Assembly: GCA_029564765.1 (NCBI GenBank)
Contig: JAKQPK010000050.1
Location: forward strand, 18,977-82,976
Source of the DNA: Candidatus Omnitrophota bacterium
Lineage (GTDB): Bacteria > Omnitrophota > Gorgyraeia > Zapsychrales > Aceulaceae
Reading direction: 5' to 3'
Length of the DNA: 64,000 nucleotides
The notes beneath the pieces are model-generated. The model saw only the letters and a list, made by a program, of their open reading frames with translations, was not told the DNA's origin and ran no database searches. The position numbers and the translations under genes were made by a program. Below are positions 1 through 10,104 of the stretch, piece by piece (position 1 is the first letter of the stretch; every line of letters begins with the position of its first letter).

Positions 1-4
1 CCTC

Positions 5-655
5 TTGGCCTATTACCTTCTTGCCAGCATGATCCTGATGGTCTTAACCTTGCGCACGCTTGAGCCTCGCGTAGCTTTGTTAGCGGGTCTTTTCTGGGGC
101 CTCATGCCTCTTGCAAAGAATGAAGGAAATGTTTTTCTCTTCTTTTTAACACTCGCAACGTCTATTACCCTTCTCTGGGGTCCACGCGATCAGAGGATAT
201 CCGCAAAACGAATGATCCTTCATCTGCTCATCGGCATCCTATGCACAAGCCTGATGAATATTATTTTTAAAATATTCATGGCTCCCCCGACACGCGAGGT
301 GCTCTTTAATCCCTTAACACAAAATTTAAGCTACTTTAATCTAAACGGTATTTTGACAACGGTCGGTTTCTATTTCTACACGATACGTTCGCCAGGCTGG
401 ATCTTTATCTGGGGGCTTGTATTCATCCTTGGACTTATCAATTATCGTAAATGGTTCGCCCTCAAGGAATCGCGGATCATGGGAATAGTTTTCGCGGGGT
501 TCTTGCTAGTGCTGTTATATGTCTACATCTCAACCGCTCACTTTGATCTTATTTGGCGGCTGCAATGCACGGCGATCAGGATCGCCTTCTACCTTCTTCC
601 ATCCATCCTGTTCTTCTGCTTCTACACTCTCTGGGCCAAAAACCCTAAAAATTAG
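5..655 (+). CDS. Polytopic membrane protein, GT-C/ArnT-like (5' end outside window)
   Basis: Multiple TM helices; GLMPLAKNEG motif typical of GT-C-like proteins; its stop overlaps the convergent gene. Confidence 0.55.
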   Translation: MAYYLLASMILMVLTLRTLEPRVALLAGLFWGLMPLAKNEGNVFLFFLTLATSITLLWGPRDQRISAKRMILHLLIGILCTSLMNIIFKIFMAPPTREVLFNPLTQNLSYFNLNGILTTVGFYFYTIRSPGWIFIWGLVFILGLINYRKWFALKESRIMGIVFAGFLLVLLYVYISTAHFDLIWRLQCTAIRIAFYLLPSILFFCFYTLWAKNPKN

Positions 656-2487
656 CGGTAAACTTTATTATCCTTACCTAAATAGCCAGAACTTTCCAAG
701 AATTTAATAAAGGCCTGCCCTTGATGATAAATGGCGTTGATCGAATATCCGCCAAAGAACAGGACAGCATATTTATTGCCCATGTAGATCTTTTCAAGGA
801 TGAAATCCCCTGGCCCGGAAGGAAAATAAGGTGGACGCATAAATGGCGTGTGAACCCCCAACCATACAACCTTTGTAAGATCAAGATTCTCAATGCCGTC
901 AAAATTCTTCACATCCCCATAAAGGCACGGGAACAAATAGATCATAATATCTAGCTTGCGGTCAACAAATCCTATCTGCGGAAAAGCAAGCATTTGCGCA
1001 AAATTAAAAGGCGCAGCTATCGTAAAGTGGTTGTACCGCGCGCTTAAGATCTCACCGATACGCATATGCAATTTGATGTCGTTGCGGTACTCCAAACTTC
1101 TCTCTGAAACACTGTAATCCTCAAGGGGGATCGGTTTGTAGACCATTCCATGGGAGGACAATAACGCGAAAATGATCAGGACGATCAAGGCGCGGTGAGC
1201 GATCTTTTCGTTACGTATTAGACACAATGCGGCCGCCGCAATAGCGACGATCAAAAACGGAAAAAGGATCAAGGTGTAGCGCGGAGGGATCCATAATGAA
1301 TTCGCGAACAAGACAAACCATGCCGCGGCAGCAATGAACATCGTCATGACAATAAAATTCTCTTTCACGAACGAAATTAATCCTGCGCCATACCCGTATG
1401 ATCTTTGTTTGATCGCCCGGCACGCAAAAACAACATAAACAATCGAACTGATAATAAAGAAATACGTAATCGGAAATTGCCTCATTAACGGCCACCCTTG
1501 AAGCGGCCCGACCTTGTCAACCTTACCGGCAGGATTGATGACAAAACAAAGCAGCCAAGCGCCCAAGAGCGCGAACAATATGGCCAAAAACGATGAGAAA
1601 AGGATCGATCTTTTCCCACGCTTTTCTTCATCGAAAAAGAACAAAAACAATCCCGAAACAAATATCGTCGCAGCAGCAAAAAGCGCGTAGATCTTAACGA
1701 ATATCGCTAACCCTGAGAAAATAGCGGCCTTCAGAACATCTTTTTTAGCTAAATAATAGAAAGCTGCTACGATAAAAATCAGAGTGGGAACTTCCATGTT
1801 GATCTGCTCAACCTGACTTTGTGTCAACGGCAAGGACAGGAGCAAGAACGTTAATAAAAAAGACTTGGGAGCATCCCAGATGCGCAGCAGGATCTTGAAA
1901 AACAGCGTCATCACAGCAGCTGAAAAAAGATAGGTAATGCCATGGCTGACGATCAAATACGCTTGGGGCGTAGGCGTGAATTTCATCAACAAAGCCTGAA
2001 AGGCAGGATACAGAGAGAAAAGATAAGCCTTGGGTCCACCGACAATGAACAGAGGTTGTTGTGATAATTTAATAAAATCAAAATTATTCTGCAGAAGCCA
2101 AACAGCTTCCATCATCGGACCGCTGGCAGAATCCCCATAGGGCGGAAATAAAAAAGTTTCCCACCTGCTGACCACAAAATAAACTAAAAAATAAACGAAC
2201 ATCCTTGTGCTGGTCCACTGCGGTAAAAATCTTAGCCCAAGCCAAAGGAATGCCACTGCAGAAGAAAGGATCGAGAGAGGGCCAAAAAATCGATCATCAA
2301 GCTGTCCTATGTAAAACTCAACAGGAAAAAGCTGGCGCGCGCCTGTCAACATACTCAAAAGATCCATGCTGTTGCTCGCATACAATGCGCGGACGATCCA
2401 TCCGCTCGCGAATTTCGCAAGAAAACTGACGCATATAAGCACCGCGAAAGATATCCAAAAAAACGCAGCATCTTTCTTATTTATCAT
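652..2487 (-). CDS. GT-C superfamily (ArnT/PMT-like) membrane glycosyltransferase
   Basis: About 12 TM helices, YGD loop, LAIFVK motif, soluble C-terminal domain; lies downstream of GT2/DegT genes; start refined to MINKK. Confidence 0.6.
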   Translation of the reverse strand: MINKKDAAFFWISFAVLICVSFLAKFASGWIVRALYASNSMDLLSMLTGARQLFPVEFYIGQLDDRFFGPLSILSSAVAFLWLGLRFLPQWTSTRMFVYFLVYFVVSRWETFLFPPYGDSASGPMMEAVWLLQNNFDFIKLSQQPLFIVGGPKAYLFSLYPAFQALLMKFTPTPQAYLIVSHGITYLFSAAVMTLFFKILLRIWDAPKSFLLTFLLLSLPLTQSQVEQINMEVPTLIFIVAAFYYLAKKDVLKAAIFSGLAIFVKIYALFAAATIFVSGLFLFFFDEEKRGKRSILFSSFLAILFALLGAWLLCFVINPAGKVDKVGPLQGWPLMRQFPITYFFIISSIVYVVFACRAIKQRSYGYGAGLISFVKENFIVMTMFIAAAAWFVLFANSLWIPPRYTLILFPFLIVAIAAAALCLIRNEKIAHRALIVLIIFALLSSHGMVYKPIPLEDYSVSERSLEYRNDIKLHMRIGEILSARYNHFTIAAPFNFAQMLAFPQIGFVDRKLDIMIYLFPCLYGDVKNFDGIENLDLTKVVWLGVHTPFMRPPYFPSGPGDFILEKIYMGNKYAVLFFGGYSINAIYHQGQAFIKFLESSGYLGKDNKVYR

Positions 2488-3952
2488 AAGGCATCTCCTG
2501 ATCATGATATTTTTTAGAAAGAAAAAATGTCCTTACCTTGCACAATAATGGGTTGATCCCAAAAACCTTGACATGAATGAGGAACTGAAAGAAGGAAACT
2601 CTCTCAAAGCGATAGATGTAATAGGAAAAATGGATCATAAATAGTAAATCAAAAATGATCGGAAGGCGCAGTTTTGACAACGAGATCAAAAATCCGCTCA
2701 TCCAAGGAAAGGCAATACATAAGAAATACACCTTCTTTAAGTTCTCGAGCTGATAAGCATCCTTGCCTTTGACGCTCATATCGTGGTGAACGGTTGGCGC
2801 GAATTCTTTTTGGTTGATGGCCTGTGACCGAATATCCGGATGTTGTGTCAACTCCAGCCCGGGATACGCCTGAAAAAAGACCGTCCAAACGTACGCTGGC
2901 TTTAATCGACGATAAAAATCGATCTGAGCCACGTGCGCGTCAAAACTCATTTGCGGCAACCCGAACATCGCGCTTGAAACATACGCGATTTTTTGCGCGC
3001 GCATCCACTCAGCGACTTTAAAAATATCACAATCTTTCACGTGTTTATGCAAAAGGCTTGATCGAACATGCTCATCGCCACTTTCAACAGCAAAGATCAG
3101 ATTGTTCACGCGGGCCTCAGCAAAAAGCTTGATATCGCTTTCTTCAATGGATGTAAAATGAAAATTCGCGCTAAACGGTATGGTAAAATTCTCTTGATAC
3201 ATCTTCAAGAACCGGCGCAGCCAATCCTTTGAGATCCAAAATATTTCATCAGTAAAGAAAATAAATTTAACTTTCTTACGCCGCTTAACCTGATATCTAA
3301 TCTCTTCGATAGCCCGCTCTGGGCTCATTTTGCGGACATATCTGCCGCCTCCGTAATGCTGGCGCAAAAAAGAACTATGACAAAACGCGCAACTCGCCGG
3401 GCATCCTCTTCCTAGAGAAATACGCAAGTACTCACTATGGCGAAAGAATGAGTATTTATCATACATATCACGGTCATAGAACGGCAACGCGTCAAGATCA
3501 ACCAGGTCCGCTGGCATTTCATTTTTAATGATCTGCCCGTTTTCCTTTGCCCATAATCCCTTAATGTGCTGATAGGGCATCTTCGCGTCCAGCTGTGCGC
3601 AGACCTGGGGCAAGACTGTCTCTCCCTCCCAAAGACACACCATATCCACGCATGGTTTTTCAATAATTTCTGGACAAAGCAGTGTGTGAATATTGCCAAA
3701 TATAGTTAAAGCTCTGGTTCGCTGCTTTACCTTGTGAGCGATGCCTAAAAGAAAAGAAACGCTGGGGGTCAAAACGGAAAAACCAACGATATCTGGCTGA
3801 AATCGCTGGACTTCCCCAAGTGTTACATGCTGATTAAAGGGATCACAGTAAAAAACATCAACAGTATGTCCTTGGGCCTTTAAGACCGCAGCCATGGACA
3901 TATAACCGATGCTTTCAACCATAATATCCTGAATGAAAGCAACTCTTGCCAT
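2477..3952 (-). CDS. B12-binding domain radical SAM protein
   Basis: N-terminal cobalamin-binding fold (PDIVGFS...TIFGNIH); RGCPASCAFC CxxxCxxC motif. Confidence 0.9.
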   Translation of the reverse strand: MARVAFIQDIMVESIGYMSMAAVLKAQGHTVDVFYCDPFNQHVTLGEVQRFQPDIVGFSVLTPSVSFLLGIAHKVKQRTRALTIFGNIHTLLCPEIIEKPCVDMVCLWEGETVLPQVCAQLDAKMPYQHIKGLWAKENGQIIKNEMPADLVDLDALPFYDRDMYDKYSFFRHSEYLRISLGRGCPASCAFCHSSFLRQHYGGGRYVRKMSPERAIEEIRYQVKRRKKVKFIFFTDEIFWISKDWLRRFLKMYQENFTIPFSANFHFTSIEESDIKLFAEARVNNLIFAVESGDEHVRSSLLHKHVKDCDIFKVAEWMRAQKIAYVSSAMFGLPQMSFDAHVAQIDFYRRLKPAYVWTVFFQAYPGLELTQHPDIRSQAINQKEFAPTVHHDMSVKGKDAYQLENLKKVYFLCIAFPWMSGFLISLSKLRLPIIFDLLFMIHFSYYIYRFERVSFFQFLIHVKVFGINPLLCKVRTFFLSKKYHDQEMPYDK

Positions 3953-3975
3953 AAAATGATATCTTTTTTTGAAGG

Positions 3976-4899
3976 TTAGAGGCCGATGGTGTACTCGATG
4001 ACAAAGCGAGGCCGCTTACGCGACTCGTCGAATGTGCGCCAAACATATTCCCCCAAGACCCCAAGCATCATCATCTGGATCCCGCCGAGAACAAAAACTG
4101 CGACAATCAACGAAGACCATCCTTGGCCCGGAATGCCAAAGACAAAATAGCGAAAAATGATCCAGCCGGCATACGTAAATCCGGCAAAAGCCGTCAAAAG
4201 CCCAAAAATACTGATATAGCGAACAAGGACATCGCTAAAAGCCAATAGAGAATCTGTCATGAGCTTTAATTTCTTGGCCAAGCTCCAATTTGATCTCCCC
4301 TGGTGTCTGGGCTCCTTGACATACTCAATTGTTTTCTGCGGGAATCCAAGCCAGGCTAATGCCATATAGATCGAAGTGTGCTTTTCTGGCATCTGCTTAA
4401 AGGCTTCGATCACAACGCGATCAACAAGGAATACATCCACACCCAATGCCGGCATTTTGACATCCGTGAGCAGATTGACAAGCCAGTAATATACGCGCGA
4501 GAAAGATCTTACGGACAGGCTTTCCCCTTTTCTTTGTGAGCGCGCGGCCCAAACGATCTTCACTCCTTGATGCCAAACTTCTAGAAGTTTTGCAATAACT
4601 TCAGGAGGATCCTGCAGGTCAGCAGCTAGCGCGACCGCGCAATCTCCTTGCGCATAGCGCAACCCTGCCGCGATCGCCGCATGTCCACCACAGTTACGGG
4701 CAAAACGGATCACTTTCACACGGCTATCCTTTTGGCGCAATGCCTTAAGAATGCTGGGCGTTCGATCAGTGGAACAATCGTCAACGAAAATAAACTCAAA
4801 ACTTTCCTGATCAAGAGAAGCGATCGCATTGATCAAGCGCTGATATAAAGCATCAAGATTGTCCTGTTCGTTATACGCTGGGAAAATTATAGAAATCAT
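3976..4899 (-). CDS. GT2 polyprenyl-phosphate glycosyltransferase (GtrB/ArnC-like)
   Basis: ISIIFPAYNE, FVDDCSTD, ADLQDPPE; two C-terminal TM helices; GEYVWR...RPRF. Confidence 0.9.
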   Translation of the reverse strand: MISIIFPAYNEQDNLDALYQRLINAIASLDQESFEFIFVDDCSTDRTPSILKALRQKDSRVKVIRFARNCGGHAAIAAGLRYAQGDCAVALAADLQDPPEVIAKLLEVWHQGVKIVWAARSQRKGESLSVRSFSRVYYWLVNLLTDVKMPALGVDVFLVDRVVIEAFKQMPEKHTSIYMALAWLGFPQKTIEYVKEPRHQGRSNWSLAKKLKLMTDSLLAFSDVLVRYISIFGLLTAFAGFTYAGWIIFRYFVFGIPGQGWSSLIVAVFVLGGIQMMMLGVLGEYVWRTFDESRKRPRFVIEYTIGL

Positions 4900-4920
4900 A
4901 CACCTCTCCTTTTCATGGGA

Positions 4921-6165
4921 TCAGATCTCAGCAATGGCTTGAACAACGCTGCAAAGTTCTTCTTTCGTTATCTGATAAAAAGCCGGCAAAAGGATCGTCG
5001 TGTCCCTAGCTTTCTCGGTTTCAGGAAGGTTCCAAATACTCGACCGATAAGGTTTCTGACGATGGGCGTTCATGACGCCTGGACGGGTGGCGATCCCTCG
5101 ATCCAAAAGTCGCTGCATGCATTGTTCTTGCGTGACGGGCGCTTGCGGTGTTAAACGCACGGGGAAAGAACCCCAGTTATTGATCGCATACGGGGCTTGA
5201 GAAGGCAATTGAAGCCATGAAATCTTGCTAAGCGCATCCGCATAGAACGCAGCGATCTCTTTTAGCTTTGCCAACAAAAGCGGCAATTTTTTGAGCTGCC
5301 CCAGCCCTATCGACGCCTGGATATCGCTCATGCGGTAATTAAAGCCTGTCACCAAATATTCTTCCAAAATAACCTTGTTCGCCTGATGGCGCGCTAGATC
5401 AGATACACCCATGCCTTGATGACGGAAAAGACGGAAAAAAGAATCATGTGCTGAGTCGTTGGTTGTCAGCATTCCTCCTTCTCCCGTTACAAGGATCTTT
5501 CTCGGATGGAATGAAAAACACGCGATATCCCCATGAGGCTTACCGATCTTCTCAAAAGTCTTTCCTTGGTCAACAGAGATCTCACTTCCGATACCATAAG
5601 CCGCATCTTCGATCACAGGAATGTTGAAACGTTTGGCAAGGGTCAAGATGCGTTCCATCTGACATGGAAAACCCAGCTGATGAACAGCAATGATCGCGGC
5701 AATACGCCCAAGCCGCCTGGAAGGATCACCAGCCATTGACACTAGCGGCGATTCCTCACTTAAAAGATCCTTGACGTGACGATACCATAAACCCTGCGCA
5801 TCGCGTAAACACTCTTGCGTCAAGATCTTTTCCAGATGATCTGGACACATGTTGTAGCCATCTTTTTCCACATCGACAAAAACTGGCTCCGCTGCGCAAT
5901 AGCGCGCGCTGTTTGCTGTTGCGATGAACGAATGACTGACAGTCAAAACAATATCTCCCGGCCTTACGCCGACAGCTAGCAGTGCTAAGTGAAGAGCGGT
6001 CGTACAGCTAGAAACAGCACATGCATGTTTAGCACCCACGAATGAAGCAAATTTATCTTCAAATTCTTTAACGCGTGGCCCCTGCGTGACCCATCCGGAA
6101 AGGATCGCCTGTCGCGCGAGTTCGACCTCATCTTCTGTTAAGAATGGCTTTGTGATCGGGATCAT
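4921..6165 (-). CDS. DegT/DnrJ/EryC1/StrS PLP-dependent sugar aminotransferase
   Basis: SSCTTALHLAL, IEDAA, SFHPRK (PLP Lys), GEGGM, GFNYRMSD. Confidence 0.92.
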   Translation of the reverse strand: MIPITKPFLTEDEVELARQAILSGWVTQGPRVKEFEDKFASFVGAKHACAVSSCTTALHLALLAVGVRPGDIVLTVSHSFIATANSARYCAAEPVFVDVEKDGYNMCPDHLEKILTQECLRDAQGLWYRHVKDLLSEESPLVSMAGDPSRRLGRIAAIIAVHQLGFPCQMERILTLAKRFNIPVIEDAAYGIGSEISVDQGKTFEKIGKPHGDIACFSFHPRKILVTGEGGMLTTNDSAHDSFFRLFRHQGMGVSDLARHQANKVILEEYLVTGFNYRMSDIQASIGLGQLKKLPLLLAKLKEIAAFYADALSKISWLQLPSQAPYAINNWGSFPVRLTPQAPVTQEQCMQRLLDRGIATRPGVMNAHRQKPYRSSIWNLPETEKARDTTILLPAFYQITKEELCSVVQAIAEI

Positions 6166-7136
6166 AGATTAGTTGTTCCATCAAGCCACTGCGTTAAAAG
6201 CGTCAGTCCTTGCACAAGGTCGACTTTCGCTTTAAACCGTAATGATCTAGCAGCTTTGATCACACTTGCTTTACGACGATAAACCTCGATCTTGCCGCGG
6301 TCGCCAGGAATCGGCATGTACTTCGGTTTAAGCGGAGATCCCATAGAGCGCAACAGTGCTTGGCATAACCCGCTCAAAGATGTCTCCTTGCCGCTTGCGC
6401 AATTAAAGGTTTCACTGCAAACATCAGAGGTTAAAGCCAGGATCGTGGCCCGGGCAACATCTCCCACATAAATGAAATCCATAGTTTGTTTGCCGTCACC
6501 ATAGATCAAGGGCTGTTCTCCCTTACGGATCAAATGATGCCAGCGGACTAAAACCTCGGTATACTTACCGCAAGCATCCATGCGAGGACCGTACACATTG
6601 AAATAGCGGAGAATATTGAATTTCAGTCCATACATTTGAAAGAACGACGCAAGCATGAGCTCATCCGCCATTTTTAAAGCCCCGTAGAATGTCCGGTTGT
6701 TATACGGATGATGATCTTCTTTGGTTGGAAAAGCATCTGCCTGTCCATAAATGGATGCTGTCGATGCGAGAACGATCTTCTGGACCTTGTGTTTAACACA
6801 CGCCTCAAGAATATTATAGGTACCAACAGCGTTCACTTCTAGCGCATGACGGGGTTCCGCCATACATTGAATGATCTTTAAAGAAGCCAGATGAAAACAG
6901 TAATCGATCCCTAAAAATACGCGATCTAAAAGTTCAATATCGCGAATATCACCCTCAATAATCGTGACGCGGCTGCTTGAAAGCGCATGCTGCAGGTTTT
7001 CACGCCTGCCGTGATTAAAATTATCGATGACGACGACTTCTTTTACCTCAGCGACTAACAGTTGATCAACGACATGAGAACCGATACATCCAGCACCCCC
7101 TGTAACAACAACACGCTTTCCCTTAAGTTCATGCAT
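6162..7136 (-). CDS. NAD-dependent nucleotide-sugar epimerase/dehydratase
   Basis: TGGAGCIG Rossmann motif, YGALK YxxxK, RYFNVYGP. Confidence 0.92.
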   Translation of the reverse strand: MHELKGKRVVVTGGAGCIGSHVVDQLLVAEVKEVVVIDNFNHGRRENLQHALSSSRVTIIEGDIRDIELLDRVFLGIDYCFHLASLKIIQCMAEPRHALEVNAVGTYNILEACVKHKVQKIVLASTASIYGQADAFPTKEDHHPYNNRTFYGALKMADELMLASFFQMYGLKFNILRYFNVYGPRMDACGKYTEVLVRWHHLIRKGEQPLIYGDGKQTMDFIYVGDVARATILALTSDVCSETFNCASGKETSLSGLCQALLRSMGSPLKPKYMPIPGDRGKIEVYRRKASVIKAARSLRFKAKVDLVQGLTLLTQWLDGTTNL

Positions 7137-8377
7137 TAGAAATACTCCTGGTAAAGTTCTTTAAGGCGGTATGTGACCTTATGCAACATTGATCCTTGTT
7201 TATACACTTGCGAAAACGGGACAGGAAGACCATCAGTTGCGCGCTGGACAGCCAATCCAATGCATCCAGCATATACAGCTGGATTGTTCAATTGTTTTGT
7301 TTCGATCTGGATCTTTGCGACCTTTGTCGGGACAGAAAATTTTTGCTCCATGGATTCAAGCAATCCGGAGAGTAACGCTCCCCCTCCAACAACAAAAATA
7401 CCCGCACACAGATGATGCTCTAAATCTGCCTGTCGAACTAACTGATGAATTTTTTCAACAAGGGTCATTGCCCATGGCGTCACAACCTGGCAGACACTTT
7501 GACGGTCGATCGTCACATAACTAGCGTCGCGCTTGACCAGGATCTCACCCTTGATCATCGCGCTATCATCGCCGGTCAACACCATCGCGTAGGAACGCTT
7601 GATGTCTTCTGCCAGATCGAACGGAAGGTTCAGTTTACGGCTAATTTCTTCAGTAAGTTGATTGCTGCCGTAATTAAGAATACCTAGATTTTTAAGTACG
7701 CCCTCTTTAAAGATCAGCACGCTTGTCGCTTCAACGCCCATGTCGATGAAGATGCATCCTCTTTTTTTATCATCATCCGCTAGGCAGGCATCCGCTGATC
7801 GCAGCGATGAAAAAGCGACTGTTTTAACATCAAAACCGGCTTGTTGAACTGCCTTGTGAACATTATTGATCAGATTGCTCTGCGCCACCGCGATCAGAAT
7901 ATTCGCCTCGAGTTTACGGCCATGAAGCCCTAAAGGATTAGCCGCCATATTAAATCCATCGACAACATATTGGACCGGAAAATCATGGATCAATTTCTCA
8001 TCCAAATTGATCCCAAGCAAGCAGGCCTGGTGGTTGATCTTCTTAATATCAAAAGTTGTAATAACCTTATTTCCTTTGTCAGCTAAGGGTATGATCGCGT
8101 GTGTTTTTCTATGCTGAATAAAATGTCCGCCTAAACCGATGTGAACATCTTTGAAGTCCAGCTTCGATTTTTCCTTAAGGCCGTTGAGGATGCGGTTTAT
8201 TCCATCAGACACATCTTGCAGGTCGCTAATGGATGATTTTCGAATACCACGGGTTGCAACCTGTGAAATACCGACAATCTCTGGGGCGTGGACATGGTCA
8301 ACGCGCGCCAAGCAGGCTTTAAGCCGGTAAACGCCAAGGTCTAATCCGCAGACAATAGTTTCTTTATTCATCGACAT
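7136..8377 (-). CDS. ftsA: Cell division protein FtsA
   Basis: CGLDLG, IDMG, AEDIKRSY, GGGALLSG; C-terminal amphipathic helix KELYQEYF; follows ftsQ. Confidence 0.9.
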   Translation of the reverse strand: MSMNKETIVCGLDLGVYRLKACLARVDHVHAPEIVGISQVATRGIRKSSISDLQDVSDGINRILNGLKEKSKLDFKDVHIGLGGHFIQHRKTHAIIPLADKGNKVITTFDIKKINHQACLLGINLDEKLIHDFPVQYVVDGFNMAANPLGLHGRKLEANILIAVAQSNLINNVHKAVQQAGFDVKTVAFSSLRSADACLADDDKKRGCIFIDMGVEATSVLIFKEGVLKNLGILNYGSNQLTEEISRKLNLPFDLAEDIKRSYAMVLTGDDSAMIKGEILVKRDASYVTIDRQSVCQVVTPWAMTLVEKIHQLVRQADLEHHLCAGIFVVGGGALLSGLLESMEQKFSVPTKVAKIQIETKQLNNPAVYAGCIGLAVQRATDGLPVPFSQVYKQGSMLHKVTYRLKELYQEYF

Positions 8378-9140
8378 ATTTGATCACAGGCTGGGCAAAA
8401 CGTAGATCAATATAACGGATACGTTCCCAATCTAATCTTGCTTTGTTGAGAATGAGGCTCAACGTCTCGATCTGCTTATCAATAGATTCTCGATCTGCAA
8501 CGACCTCTAGCTTCTCCCCAATGAAAAAAATGATTTTTGAAGTATTCTCGACGTTAATACGCATAATATGAAATGAACCTGAAATAGAATTTTTCTGGAA
8601 GACATCAATAATGTTGAGAGCTATCTTCAAATTCTGATTATCAATAATTTGACCCATGGGCACTGTTTTCGGACGCGCCACGCCATGAACAAGAGGTAGC
8701 ATAACGTTAAAGAAATCATTTGGGACAGTAACATATCCTTGACGATCAACAACAAAACGCTGATCGTTAAAAACAACGATCGCAAAAGGAGGACGGTCTT
8801 TTAGATCAACATAGATCTCATCCGGAAACCGCTTCATAATACGAATATCTTTTGCCTCTGGAAAAAGTCGGGTCAATTGCTTCTGCAACCCGACAAGATC
8901 GACCGAAAAAATGCTCTGGTCGCGTAAATATCCGAAACGCTTCAATTCTTGTGCTTTCGAGGGCGCTGAACACGTGATCTTCTTGATGCGGAAATATGAA
9001 GAATTTGCGACCCATGCCGCTGTGCTGCGCATGATCAAGAAGCAAAAGAAACCAAAGAACAATAAAGTTAAAAGCGGCCGCAAAATAGGGAAGCCTTGCG
9101 ATGAACGGGGTCTTATTGATTTCTTAATTTTCTGGCTCAT
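8364..9140 (-). CDS. ftsQ: Cell division protein FtsQ/DivIB
   Basis: Single TM, POTRA-like KRFPDEIYV, C-terminal YIDLRF; between ddl and ftsA. Confidence 0.85.
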   Translation of the reverse strand: MSQKIKKSIRPRSSQGFPILRPLLTLLFFGFFCFLIMRSTAAWVANSSYFRIKKITCSAPSKAQELKRFGYLRDQSIFSVDLVGLQKQLTRLFPEAKDIRIMKRFPDEIYVDLKDRPPFAIVVFNDQRFVVDRQGYVTVPNDFFNVMLPLVHGVARPKTVPMGQIIDNQNLKIALNIIDVFQKNSISGSFHIMRINVENTSKIIFFIGEKLEVVADRESIDKQIETLSLILNKARLDWERIRYIDLRFAQPVIKYVDE

Positions 9141-10095
9141 ATGCTAATCGCACAAGATTAAGACAAAGATTCTTAAAATCGATACCTATCGCAGAAGCGG
9201 CTTTAGGCAAAAGACTGGTTGCGGTCATGCCGGGGATCGTGTTGATCTCCAAGACCCATGGAATATTATTCTCATCTAAAAGAAGATCCACCCGCGACAG
9301 ATGTCGACACCCAATGCTACGATGAACCCGCCAAGCGATCTGTTGAACCTGCTGGGCGATAACAGGATCGATCTCCGCCGGAACAATATACTCGGTCATG
9401 CCGGCTTGATATTTTGCCTTATAGTCAAAAAAAGGATTTTTGGGTCTTATCTCAACAACTGGTAAAAGTGTATTGCCTAAAATGCCAGCTGTCAATTCTT
9501 TTCCATGAATATACGCCTCGATCAATATTTGATCACCATAAGAAAACGCATCTTGAACCGCAAGAGATAGTTGCTGATGATCTGCCACGATGGTCACTCC
9601 AAAGCTCGAGCCTTCGCTGACCGGCTTGACCACAACCGGCTTTCCAGCAAAAACCGATCTTACCTCCTCTTTGATCTTCTTTTCATCCGATCTATTAAAC
9701 GCAAGGAATGAAGGGACACGGACATGGTTTTCGCGCAAGAGCTGATACGTTGAAAGCTTATCCATAGCGGTCCTGCTGGCTGCGGCATCTGATCCTGTGT
9801 AAGGTATCTGAATACTATCCAAAATCTCTTGGATCCTTCCATCCTCACCAAAACGCCCATGCAGCGCGATAAACGCGATATCAATCTTGGAAGCCTTCAC
9901 AAGCGTGATGATATCCGCAGGGTTCTCCGTTGAGATCTCCAGGGATGACACTCGACATCCGGCCTCGGTCAACGCCTTAACAACACCCGTTCCGGATTTG
10001 ATGGAGATCTCTTTCTCGGAAGAACACCCTCCCATAAGAACACCAACATGCTTCTCAAGGACCCTAGACAATTGCTCTTCTGTCATTTTTATCAT
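9124..10095 (-). CDS. ddl: D-alanine--D-alanine ligase
   Basis: GGCSSEKEIS, LHGRFGEDG, FDYKAKY, LEINTIPGMT. Confidence 0.96.
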   Translation of the reverse strand: MIKMTEEQLSRVLEKHVGVLMGGCSSEKEISIKSGTGVVKALTEAGCRVSSLEISTENPADIITLVKASKIDIAFIALHGRFGEDGRIQEILDSIQIPYTGSDAAASRTAMDKLSTYQLLRENHVRVPSFLAFNRSDEKKIKEEVRSVFAGKPVVVKPVSEGSSFGVTIVADHQQLSLAVQDAFSYGDQILIEAYIHGKELTAGILGNTLLPVVEIRPKNPFFDYKAKYQAGMTEYIVPAEIDPVIAQQVQQIAWRVHRSIGCRHLSRVDLLLDENNIPWVLEINTIPGMTATSLLPKAASAIGIDFKNLCLNLVRLAYEPEN

Positions 10096-10104
10096 TTTCC
10101 AGAG

